Below are positions 8,547 to 17,557 of a stretch of 64,000 nucleotides of DNA, piece after piece. The translations under genes and the position numbers were made by a program. Where the stretch lies: positions 64,001 to 128,000 of IMG/VR virus record IMGVR_UViG_3300046519_000060; one strand, 5' to 3'. The DNA comes from a virus. Lineage: Duplodnaviria > Heunggongvirae > Uroviricota > Caudoviricetes. Within the stretch, counting starts at the first letter, position 1; every line of letters starts with the position of its first letter. The notes beneath the pieces are model-generated. The model searched no databases. It was not told the DNA's origin and worked only from the letters and a program-made list of their open reading frames with translations.

Positions 8547-8951
8547 ATGGCTATCACTGTTTCCCAAACGAACGTTGTTTTCCGGGACTTGGACTTGGCG
8601 TTCAGTGCAAACCCGATTACGGGCGATGTTGCACGCAGGTATGACGAGAATGCGGTCAAGCAGTCGATCAAGTCGTTGATCCTGATGAAGCCATACGACG
8701 CACCGTTCCATCCCGAAATCTCGTCTCAGGTCTACAACCTCATGTTTGAACTTGCTTCGCCCATCACGGCGGAATTGATTAAGACCTCGATCATTCAGGT
8801 CATCAGCAAGTTTGAACCTCGCGTCGCGCAGTTCGCGGTCGATGTCACGGATGACATGGACAACAATGCGTACTCCGTCACGGTCGAATTCATCGTCAAG
8901 GGTTCTGATAAGTCCACGACGCTCAATACACTGCTTTACAGGTCACGATAA
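8547..8951 (+). CDS. gp25: Baseplate wedge subunit gp25
   Basis: FRDLDLAFSANPITGDV...AVKQSIKSLIL...PFHPEI...FEPRV, the gp25 family signature. Confidence 0.92.
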   Translation: MAITVSQTNVVFRDLDLAFSANPITGDVARRYDENAVKQSIKSLILMKPYDAPFHPEISSQVYNLMFELASPITAELIKTSIIQVISKFEPRVAQFAVDVTDDMDNNAYSVTVEFIVKGSDKSTTLNTLLYRSR

Positions 8952-9437
8952 ATGAATCAGCAACAACTTCGGGAAATCTTCGATTACCGTGCGGAAACCG
9001 GTGAACTTGTTTGGAAATCTCGCACAAGCAACCGAATCCGTATCGGTGATGTGGCCGGAAGTAAGAGCAAGCTGAATGGATACATCGAAGTCCGTATTAA
9101 AGGGAAGTTGTATCAGGGACATCGTTTGGTTTGGGTGTATGTGAACGGTGACATCCCGGATGGACTATTGATAGACCACGTTGACGAGAACCGTAGCAAT
9201 AATCGAATCGAAAATCTTCGTCTCGCTACAAAGGCGCAGAACATGATGAACCGGGGAGCACAGAAGAACAACTCCCTCGGAATCAAGGGCATCGACATCG
9301 TAGGAAAACGATTCCGCGTGCAGGTTGCTGGTAACGGAAAACGTGCATACGGTATGTTCGATGACATCCAAGAAGCCGAACAATTCGCAATGAGTGCAAG
9401 AGAAGTACTCCATAAGGAATATCACAATCATGGCTAA
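8952..9437 (+). mobile_element. HNH homing endonuclease (HNH_3 + AP2-like)
   Basis: HRLVW...IDHVDENRSNNRIENLRLAT..QNMMN followed by an AP2-like C-terminus. Confidence 0.88.
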
Positions 9438-11238
9438 CACAATTACGAATCTCGACTTCGATGACATCAAAGCGGGGTTGAAAGCGTTCCTACAATCTCA
9501 GGACGACATCACCGATTACGACTACGAAGGTTCGGCCATCAGCCGGGTTCTCGATATTCTGTCGCTGAACACGCACTACAATGCTTTCCTCGCGAATACA
9601 TCGTTTAACGAATCATTCCTGCAAACGGCGATCAAGCGTGCCAATGGTGTCACGCGGGCAGGGGAGCATGGGTATGTGGCGCGTTCAGCGAAGTCGGCCA
9701 CGGCGGTTGTGAACGTGGACATCGTTGATCCGACCCAGACGCCAATCAACCTGTCAATGGACAAGTACAGCGCGTTCCAGACGACCATCGACGGTACGGA
9801 CTACACGTTCTACACGGTCGATGCGATCAATACGCCGCTGGTGGATGGTGCGTATGAATTCGCCAACGTCAAAATCTATGAAGGCAAGCTGCTGACCAAT
9901 TCGTATGTGTACGATGGTGTGAGTACGCCTTCGTTCGTCATCCCGAACGCGGATGTGGACCTCGACACGCTGACGGTCACGGTGCAGAACAGCGCGATTG
10001 ACACGCTGCTGACCAAGTACAACTTCACGAACACGATTCAGGGCATCACTGGCACATCGCCGGTCTACTTCGTCAAGGAGAATGCACAGGAACAGTACGA
10101 AGTCTACTTCGGTGATGGCGTCATCGGCGCTGCACTGGCGGCGGGTAACGTGGTGAAGCTGACGTACCTCGTATCGAGCAAGACGGCGGCAAACGTCTCG
10201 GCCAAGATGACGCAGACCTTCACCTTTGCGGGTGACATCGGCGGCAATACGGGCGTGACTGTGCGCACCATCAGCAATTCGGTCGGCGGTGCAGAGAAAG
10301 AGGACTTGGCTTCGATCCAGTTCAATGCGCCGCTGTCGCTGGCATCGGGCAAGCGCCTTATTACCTCGGATGACTACCTTGTTGGTATCTCGGAAGGCGC
10401 ATCGTCCGTGGATGCTGTGTCGGTCTGGGGTGGTGAGGACAATAGCCCGCCTGTATATGGCAAGGTGTTCATCTGCCTGAAACCGTTCGATGGCTATGTC
10501 ATTTCGGATCAGGTCAAGACCGACATCACGGCGAATATCCTGAACAAGCAGGGCAACCGTCTGATTACGCCGGTCTTTGTGGACCCGGACTATCTGTACA
10601 TGACCCTGAACGTGGTGGCGACCTATGACCCGAACCTGACCTCGGTTGGATCGGATGACATCGCGGGCTACATTTCCACGACGATCAGCGACTACTTCAC
10701 ACAGGAATTGTCGAAGTTCAAGAAGGACTTCCAGTTTTCGCGCTTGTCCAAATTGATTGACAGTACTAATGATTCGATCCAGTCGAACATCATGAACATC
10801 AGTTTGCAGAAGCGCCAGACGTTCCCCTACAACTATCCGACCACGATTGACTTCCTGTTCGGTATGGCAGTGACGCCGGGTTCATTGAAGTCGAATGTGT
10901 TCACCTACTCGGTAGGGGACCAGTTCAACGTGGCGTCGATGTTCGTGGATGATGGCGCGGGCAACATTTCGGTGCAGGACTGGACGACCTTGAAGATTCT
11001 CGCACCGAACATCGGAAGCATTGATTACACGACTGGTGAAGTCATCGTCAAAGATTTCGTCATCACAGGTCTGATGGGTAACGTGGAAAACATCATCATC
11101 AATGTCAGCCCCAAGAACGGCGTGACTGATGTGGATGCAAACAAGAACCAGATCATCATGCTTGATGATTCGACCAAGAACAATACGGCGAACATCGCAT
11201 CTGGCCTGACGGTCGCAGTTGTGGCTAAAAAGCAATGA
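9430..11238 (+). CDS. gp6: Baseplate wedge subunit gp6
   Basis: LDFDDIKAGLKAFL...YDYEGSAISRVLDILSLNTHYNAF, the gp6 signature. ATG at 9430. Confidence 0.93.
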   Translation: MANTITNLDFDDIKAGLKAFLQSQDDITDYDYEGSAISRVLDILSLNTHYNAFLANTSFNESFLQTAIKRANGVTRAGEHGYVARSAKSATAVVNVDIVDPTQTPINLSMDKYSAFQTTIDGTDYTFYTVDAINTPLVDGAYEFANVKIYEGKLLTNSYVYDGVSTPSFVIPNADVDLDTLTVTVQNSAIDTLLTKYNFTNTIQGITGTSPVYFVKENAQEQYEVYFGDGVIGAALAAGNVVKLTYLVSSKTAANVSAKMTQTFTFAGDIGGNTGVTVRTISNSVGGAEKEDLASIQFNAPLSLASGKRLITSDDYLVGISEGASSVDAVSVWGGEDNSPPVYGKVFICLKPFDGYVISDQVKTDITANILNKQGNRLITPVFVDPDYLYMTLNVVATYDPNLTSVGSDDIAGYISTTISDYFTQELSKFKKDFQFSRLSKLIDSTNDSIQSNIMNISLQKRQTFPYNYPTTIDFLFGMAVTPGSLKSNVFTYSVGDQFNVASMFVDDGAGNISVQDWTTLKILAPNIGSIDYTTGEVIVKDFVITGLMGNVENIIINVSPKNGVTDVDANKNQIIMLDDSTKNNTANIASGLTVAVVAKKQ

Positions 11239-13982
11239 ACAACATTTCAACATTCGTACAGTCTCAGTTTCCGCAGTTCGTGCAGGAAGATTACCCTGCA
11301 CTGATTGCGTTTATTGAGGCGTACTACAAATTCCTCGAACTGGAAAAGAATCCGCAAGACATCCTCTCGAACCTGATCGCTTATGCGGACATCGATAGGA
11401 CGTTGGATGAATTCGTCTCCAAGTTCGAGAAGCAGTACTTGAATGGTCTGCCACAGCAGGTCAAGGGTGACAAGCGAACCTTCATGAAGTATGTGAAGGA
11501 CTTGTACAACACCAAGGGTACTGAGGAATCGTTCAGGCTGTTGTTCCGCTTGCTGTTCAATGAGGAAATCGAGATTGCTTATCCCAAGCAACAGATGCTT
11601 CGTCTGTCGGATGGTAAGTGGTCCCAACGTGTTTCCGTCAAGGTCATTCTGGACGGCGGGGTAGACACGTCCAATGTCCTGAACAAGAAGATCAAGATTT
11701 GGACGGCCAACGGCGTCATCAACACCTACATCAAGGATTTCGTCTACCAGTCGGACGGCATCTATGAAGTGTTCATTGACAAGACCTTTGGTATCAACGT
11801 TGCACCGGGCGACCGTGTAACGGGTCTGGGCTTTGGTGCGACTACGGTCCCGACGACCTCGAAGATGCTGGTTCTCAATCCGGGTTCGGGCTTCCACATT
11901 GGTCAGGTGTTCGATGTGTCGTCCGTCATGGGCGCTGGCACGAAGATCAAGGTGACGAAGGTTGACGCCAATGGCGGCATCAAGCGGGCGGCATTCATCC
12001 AGTTCGGTACGGGCTATGAAGCTGACTTCATGGTGCAGTTCGCGGCATCCACCCGTAAGTCTGGCGCACTGGACCCGTTCCAAGCCTACACCAACGGCTT
12101 TGAAGAAAACGTGTTGGTGACGAAGGTCACGTACTTTGCATCGGACTACGTTGAAATCGACTATTCCGGTCAGGTTGTTGCATCGTCATACACGAACGAC
12201 TACAAGCCCGACAATGCACAGGCTGCGACTACGCAACCGGCAGTGATCCAGTTCTACCTTGGTGCGCTGTGTACCTATCGTGGCGAGTACACCACGGCTG
12301 ACGGCTTCCTATCTGATGTGAATGTGATTCAGGACGGCTACCTGTATCAAGACTTCTCGTATGTGATTAAGACGAAGCACATGCTGTCTGAATTCGCATC
12401 AGTGGTTAAGAAACTGTGTCACCCGGCTGGCACGATCATGTTCGGGGAAGTGTCCCTCGAATCGAACATCGATGTGGGCGTGTCCTACGAATACTTCAAA
12501 GTGCTCGCAGAACAGTTGCGCATGGAAGAATTCGTGACATCTACGGATGCGATGACGTTCAGTACCGGCAAGACGCTGACTGATGCACTGTCCGGTTCGA
12601 CTGAGGCGCTTGCAAAGGTGGTGGGTAAGGCGCTGACGGATACCTTGGCCGGATCAACCGAATCGGTTGCAAAGTCGGTAGGTAAGGCACTCACGGATTC
12701 GCTGGCGGGTTCGACTGAGGCGCTTGCACTGCTGACGGGTAAGGCGCTGGTTGATGCACTGTCCGGTTCTGATGATACGAACCTGTCATTCGTAACGGGT
12801 AAGGTACTGGCCGACAGTCTGGCAGGTTCCATTGATAGCACGTCGATCAATACCGGCAAGCTGTTCAATAGCGCCATCACTCAGTTGGTGACTGTCAGTA
12901 ATCCGATCCAACTTGGCACTGGCGACGGTTCGACCACGCTGTATCAGTTGGTGAATGAACTTGGCGTACTGAACCCGATTGTCTCGGCTACGGTATATCA
13001 AACGAACTGGCAGGGTGCGCAACCGATGTTTCCTACATCGCGTACCAATTCGTTCCTGTCATCGGGCGACTTCTCGAATGCAGCATGGGGACAAACCCGC
13101 ATCCTGTCGTTCGCGAACACTTCGGCCCCTGATGGTACGAATGGCGCGCAGACGATTACCTCGAATTCCTCTGGTACGGCGTACTGCTACCAGTCGATGA
13201 ATTGGGTGGCGGGTCAGCAATATCCGGTGAGCGTGTTCGCGAAGGCCGGATCGACCAATGTGGTGAGTATCCAATCATTCCAACAGACCGGTGCAGCAAG
13301 CTTCACGTTGTTGGGTGCTGGATCGGTCACGGTGTCTGGTGTAGCGACCGGTGCGACCATCACCAGTCTCGGAAATGGTTGGTTCTACTGTCAAGCCATC
13401 TTCACGGCAAATGTGACTGGTGCAAACAATGTGTCGCCATGTGTAATCCCGGCAGTGTCGGCCACGGCAAGCTTCTATGCCCCGATGTCGGACTACGGTC
13501 AGTACATCCCGACGACCACGGCTGCTGTGACGGTTCAACCTGACTACACGGTGAGTGCTGACGGTAACACGGACATCACGTTTGCTGTGGCCCCGGCTGC
13601 TGGTGTGGTGGTTAGCTGGACTGGTTCCTACAACCTGATTGGTGACTACGGTACTTCGAATGATGCTACCTACACGTTCCTGACGGGTAAGGCACTGGCT
13701 GATGCACTGGCGGGTTCCACTGAGACGGTGAAGTTCCTGATGGGTAAATCCCTGACGGATGCAACCTCGGGTGTCGCTGACAGTATCAAATTCACAACAG
13801 CGCGGTCCTTGACAGATTCACTTTCTGGATCAGACGACAGCGGCATCGCACTAAATACTAGTAGGTTGTTGTCGGATTCTCTTAGTGGTTCTGATGATTC
13901 GGCAATCTCTGCCTACCTGTTCAACTACTCGGACGTAACCTATTTTGCCGACTCATCATACGTTGGCACATCCGTAATGTAA
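11235..13982 (+). CDS. gp7: Baseplate wedge initiator gp7-like, with 19-aa repeats and an inserted sugar-binding-like cassette
   Basis: QFPQFVQEDYP..F..AYYKFLE...DLYNTKGTEESFRLLFRLLFNEE...LSDGKW; position between gp6 and gp8. Confidence 0.82.
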   Translation: MNNISTFVQSQFPQFVQEDYPALIAFIEAYYKFLELEKNPQDILSNLIAYADIDRTLDEFVSKFEKQYLNGLPQQVKGDKRTFMKYVKDLYNTKGTEESFRLLFRLLFNEEIEIAYPKQQMLRLSDGKWSQRVSVKVILDGGVDTSNVLNKKIKIWTANGVINTYIKDFVYQSDGIYEVFIDKTFGINVAPGDRVTGLGFGATTVPTTSKMLVLNPGSGFHIGQVFDVSSVMGAGTKIKVTKVDANGGIKRAAFIQFGTGYEADFMVQFAASTRKSGALDPFQAYTNGFEENVLVTKVTYFASDYVEIDYSGQVVASSYTNDYKPDNAQAATTQPAVIQFYLGALCTYRGEYTTADGFLSDVNVIQDGYLYQDFSYVIKTKHMLSEFASVVKKLCHPAGTIMFGEVSLESNIDVGVSYEYFKVLAEQLRMEEFVTSTDAMTFSTGKTLTDALSGSTEALAKVVGKALTDTLAGSTESVAKSVGKALTDSLAGSTEALALLTGKALVDALSGSDDTNLSFVTGKVLADSLAGSIDSTSINTGKLFNSAITQLVTVSNPIQLGTGDGSTTLYQLVNELGVLNPIVSATVYQTNWQGAQPMFPTSRTNSFLSSGDFSNAAWGQTRILSFANTSAPDGTNGAQTITSNSSGTAYCYQSMNWVAGQQYPVSVFAKAGSTNVVSIQSFQQTGAASFTLLGAGSVTVSGVATGATITSLGNGWFYCQAIFTANVTGANNVSPCVIPAVSATASFYAPMSDYGQYIPTTTAAVTVQPDYTVSADGNTDITFAVAPAAGVVVSWTGSYNLIGDYGTSNDATYTFLTGKALADALAGSTETVKFLMGKSLTDATSGVADSIKFTTARSLTDSLSGSDDSGIALNTSRLLSDSLSGSDDSAISAYLFNYSDVTYFADSSYVGTSVM
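13851..13857 (+). promoter_or_regulatory. Late promoter embedded in the gp7 3' end
   Basis: CTAAATA about 150 nt upstream of ORF 14003. Confidence 0.55.
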
Positions 13983-14002
13983 ATTAAGGAAACCAAACCA
14001 AA

Positions 14003-14446
14003 ATGCTGAAAGAAACTTTTCAAGCTGTCGGCACATTGAAAATTGAACACCGTGATGCCAACGGCAATCTGATTGAGCAACGCGACCTCAAAAACATCAT
14101 CACCGACCTCGGCAAAGGCTTCATTGCTGCGCGTATGTCGGCAACCGGTACGCCTACGGCCATGTCGCACATGGCAATCGGTACGGGTACTACGGCGGCT
14201 GCATCGTCACAAACGACGCTGGTCACGGAAGGTGGTCGTGTGGCACTCACTTCAACCACGGTTAGCGCGAACACGGTGACGTATGTTGCCACGTTCGGTT
14301 CGGGCGTGGGTACGGGTGCAGTGACCGAAGCCGGTATCTTCAACGGTTCGACTGGCGCAACGATGCTTAACCGCACGGTGTTCTCGGCCATCAACAAGGG
14401 TGCGAGCGACACAATTACAATTACGTGGGTTGTAACCATTCAATGA
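14003..14446 (+). CDS. Conserved virion/tail-associated structural protein
   Basis: NIITDLGK...MSHMAIGTG...TEAGIFN...MLNRTVF pattern common in tail modules. Confidence 0.7.
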   Translation: MLKETFQAVGTLKIEHRDANGNLIEQRDLKNIITDLGKGFIAARMSATGTPTAMSHMAIGTGTTAAASSQTTLVTEGGRVALTSTTVSANTVTYVATFGSGVGTGAVTEAGIFNGSTGATMLNRTVFSAINKGASDTITITWVVTIQ

Positions 14447-14467
14447 TACCCATGTGATTGTGACTGA

Positions 14468-14504
14468 CTAAATATTCGGGACCACTAACAAATGTCCCGA
14501 ATAT
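14468..14504 (+). promoter_or_regulatory. Late promoter overlapping an 11-bp hairpin in front of a homing endonuclease start
   Basis: CTAAATA at 14468-14474. ATATTCGGGAC (14472-14482) pairs with GTCCCGAATAT (14494-14504). ATG at 14506. Confidence 0.75.
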
Positions 14505-14505
14505 C

Positions 14506-15210
14506 ATGTCTAAGTTTTTTTCGATTTATCTGATTACGAATGTTGTCAATCAGAAGAAGTACACCGGATTCACTTCGGATGCCAAACAGCGTTGGATCGA
14601 ACATCAGTTTTACAGTTATGATCCAGCGCATCCGAAGCACAGCTACATCCACCGTGCAATGCACAAATATGGTTTGGATAACTTCACGTTCGAAGTCATC
14701 TATCAATCACTGGACGGTAAGCATACCCTCGATGAAATGGAAGCATATTTCATCAAAGAATATGACACGTTTGGTCCCAACGGCTACAACCTGACATCTG
14801 GTGGTGAAGGCAATCCGGGTTACAAGAAAACCCCGGAACAGATCGAAAACCATCGCCGTACTCTTGTCGGTAGAAAGCACACAGAGGAACACAAACGTAA
14901 ATTATCCGAACTTCAAAGTGGCGAAAACCACAACATGTTCGGTATTCCTAAACCACAGACAGTCAAAGACAAGATTTCTGCAACCAAGACCGGTTGTAAG
15001 TGGTGGAACAACGGGACCGAATCCAAGACCTCGCACGAACGTCCCGGTGAAGGTTGGGTTCGTGGACGTATCAAGCGTTCAACAGATCACACAAAGATGT
15101 CCGAATCCAAAATCGGTTGTAAGTGGTGGAACAATGGTTCGGAAACTAAATCATCCAAAACATGTCCCGGCGAAGGTTGGGTTCTCGGTAGAAAACTAAG
15201 GAAACAATAA
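14506..15210 (+). mobile_element. GIY-YIG homing endonuclease (Seg-like) with NUMOD3 and KWWNNG repeats
   Basis: SIYLITN..NQKKYTG...RW..H...AM.KYG..NF; HTEEHKRKLSE; two GCKWWNNG repeats. Confidence 0.9.
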
Positions 15211-15211
15211 G

Positions 15212-17554
15212 ATGGACTATGTTTTGAAGTCATCAATTCATACAGTCATCGGGGAGACGATCATTGCGGACATCCGTTCGCAGCGTTCGGCCTATTACTT
15301 CTTCGTCGGTGGTCTGGACAATACGAATGGCACATCAACGCCATACGCAGATGACACCTATGGCTATGAATTGGGCGTTCGGAACCAAATCGTTTCACTG
15401 AAACAGATTCAGGATTCCGATGTATCGTTCGTGGTCCCCCGCATCGATTGGGTCAGTGGCAATGTCTATGACCAGTACGATGATTATTCGCCTACGTACC
15501 CTGCTGCGTCGGGCGCTACGTCCATTGATGCCGCATTGTTCTACGTGGTCACGGACGAGTACAAGGTCTACAAGTGCCTATACAACTACAACGGTGCGAA
15601 ATCCACGGTCAAGCCTACCTCGACCTTGGCCGCACCGTTTTACACGTCTGACGGCTACCGCTGGAAGTTCATGTACCTGATTCCGCTGTCGGCACGTAAC
15701 CGCTTCATGAACAATGCGTTCATGCCGGTACAGACGGCATTGCTGGACAACTTCTATTCAGCCGGTCAAATCCTGACGACCGCGATCCTGAACAAAGGTA
15801 CGGGCTACATCAATGCAACCATCCTCGTTGATGGTGATGGACAAGGCGCATCCCTGCGTGCCGTGGTCAGTAACGGCCAGATCATTCAGGTGATCGTTGA
15901 TGAACCGGGTACGGGCTACACCTATGCAAACCTGACGGTATCGGGTGACGGCACTGGCGCAAGCATCGTGGCGACACTGTCGGTGGGCGATTTGGATACG
16001 GCACAAGCTGACGTGGAACTGTTGGCCCAACGTGGCAGCATTGAAGCCTACCGCATCACCAATGGTGGTTCGGGCTACCAAGCATTGACGGCGGCAACGA
16101 ACGGTACAACCAATGGCACGACGAACCAGTTCCAGTTGACGGATGGCGGATCGGTTGTCACCAATGCGCAGAACGTGGCGGTGTACCGTACCTACGCTAA
16201 TGGTCTGGGTAAGTTCCAACAGTACACCACGCCGCGTACCAATCTGGCACTGGATTCGCAGTTCCAATCATTGACGCCGTGGGGTCATTCGATCAGTAGC
16301 ATCACGAAGAATGCGCGTGTTGCACCGGATGGCACGATGACCGGTGCAACAGTGACGTGTACCACGGCTGGCAATGACTACATCTGGCAGAACATCAACG
16401 GCGACTATCACGGCGCAACGGTGACGGCCTCGGTGTGGCTGTATGGCGATGGTACGGCACGCAGCTTCAACCTGTTCTTGAAGGATTCGGCTGGTAACAA
16501 TGTGGTTGGTGCTACTGTGACCCCGCCTGTGGGCGTGTGGACCCGATACAGCGTCACCAACACCTATCCGGCCAATGCACCGACTAACTACATCGGCTTG
16601 TATGTCGATCCGGTTGCAGCATCAACGCTTGGTCAGACGTATGGTATCTGGGGTGCGCAAGTTGAAGTCAACCAGAATTCGACATCGTTGATCCCGACGA
16701 CCACGGCTGCTGTGACGGTCACGGATATTCAGGCATTGACAGTGGATGGTCGCGTGACATTCACAAGCAATCCGAACAATGGCGACATCATCACTTGGGC
16801 GGGCAAGTACGTTCCGTCTACTGGTGGACAGGCGCTTCAAGTTACCAATAGTCCGGTGGTGTCACTGGATACGCTGTCAGGTCCGACATGCACGATTGAC
16901 GGTGACGGCACTGGTGCGGCGGGTTATCCGGTCATCAGTAACGGTCAAATCGCGGGCATCATCGTGACCAATCCGGGAACGGGTTACACGAATGCCAAGG
17001 TGACGATCAGTGGTAACGGTCAAGGTGCAAAGGCTGTGGCGATCTATGCGCCGCCCGGTGGTCATGGCAAGAATGCGATCAATGAACTGAAAGCCACGCG
17101 TCTATCGTTCTTCTCGAACCTGCTGAATGACAAGAACCAAGGTGTCGAAGTGTCGGCACGGTTCACGACCATTGGGTTGCTTCGGAATCCTAGTGAATAC
17201 AGTTCAGACCGGTTGTACTCGAAGCTGATGGCATCGGGTTGTAACTACATCACGTACTCAGGTCCAACCCCGACGCAATACGATGTGTTCACGGAGCGCA
17301 CGACTGGTAGCCGATTCCAAGTGGTGCAATTGGACGGAATTTCGGGAATGTTGTTGCAAAACCTTGACAACTACGATTTGCCTAGTAACTCAGCACTCCT
17401 AAATACTAATTCAGGTGGACAAATTACGGTCATGGCTGTCACGGACCCTTCCATCGACAAGTTTTCAGGTGATCTTATGTTTATCGACAACTTCGCTATC
17501 AATCAGCAAGCCGGTCAACAGATCATCATTTTCAAGACCACACTCAAATTCTAA
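15212..17554 (+). CDS. gp8: Baseplate wedge subunit gp8-like with inserted sugar-binding-like cassette
   Basis: VSFVVPRIDWVSG.VYD.Y...FYVVTDEYKVYKCL.N...S...P...SDGYRWKFMY, the gp8 signature. Confidence 0.88.
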   Translation: MDYVLKSSIHTVIGETIIADIRSQRSAYYFFVGGLDNTNGTSTPYADDTYGYELGVRNQIVSLKQIQDSDVSFVVPRIDWVSGNVYDQYDDYSPTYPAASGATSIDAALFYVVTDEYKVYKCLYNYNGAKSTVKPTSTLAAPFYTSDGYRWKFMYLIPLSARNRFMNNAFMPVQTALLDNFYSAGQILTTAILNKGTGYINATILVDGDGQGASLRAVVSNGQIIQVIVDEPGTGYTYANLTVSGDGTGASIVATLSVGDLDTAQADVELLAQRGSIEAYRITNGGSGYQALTAATNGTTNGTTNQFQLTDGGSVVTNAQNVAVYRTYANGLGKFQQYTTPRTNLALDSQFQSLTPWGHSISSITKNARVAPDGTMTGATVTCTTAGNDYIWQNINGDYHGATVTASVWLYGDGTARSFNLFLKDSAGNNVVGATVTPPVGVWTRYSVTNTYPANAPTNYIGLYVDPVAASTLGQTYGIWGAQVEVNQNSTSLIPTTTAAVTVTDIQALTVDGRVTFTSNPNNGDIITWAGKYVPSTGGQALQVTNSPVVSLDTLSGPTCTIDGDGTGAAGYPVISNGQIAGIIVTNPGTGYTNAKVTISGNGQGAKAVAIYAPPGGHGKNAINELKATRLSFFSNLLNDKNQGVEVSARFTTIGLLRNPSEYSSDRLYSKLMASGCNYITYSGPTPTQYDVFTERTTGSRFQVVQLDGISGMLLQNLDNYDLPSNSALLNTNSGGQITVMAVTDPSIDKFSGDLMFIDNFAINQQAGQQIIIFKTTLKF
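17399..17405 (+). promoter_or_regulatory. Late promoter embedded in the gp8 3' end
   Basis: CTAAATA upstream of the tail fibre gene. Confidence 0.55.
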
Positions 17555-17557
17555 GAC

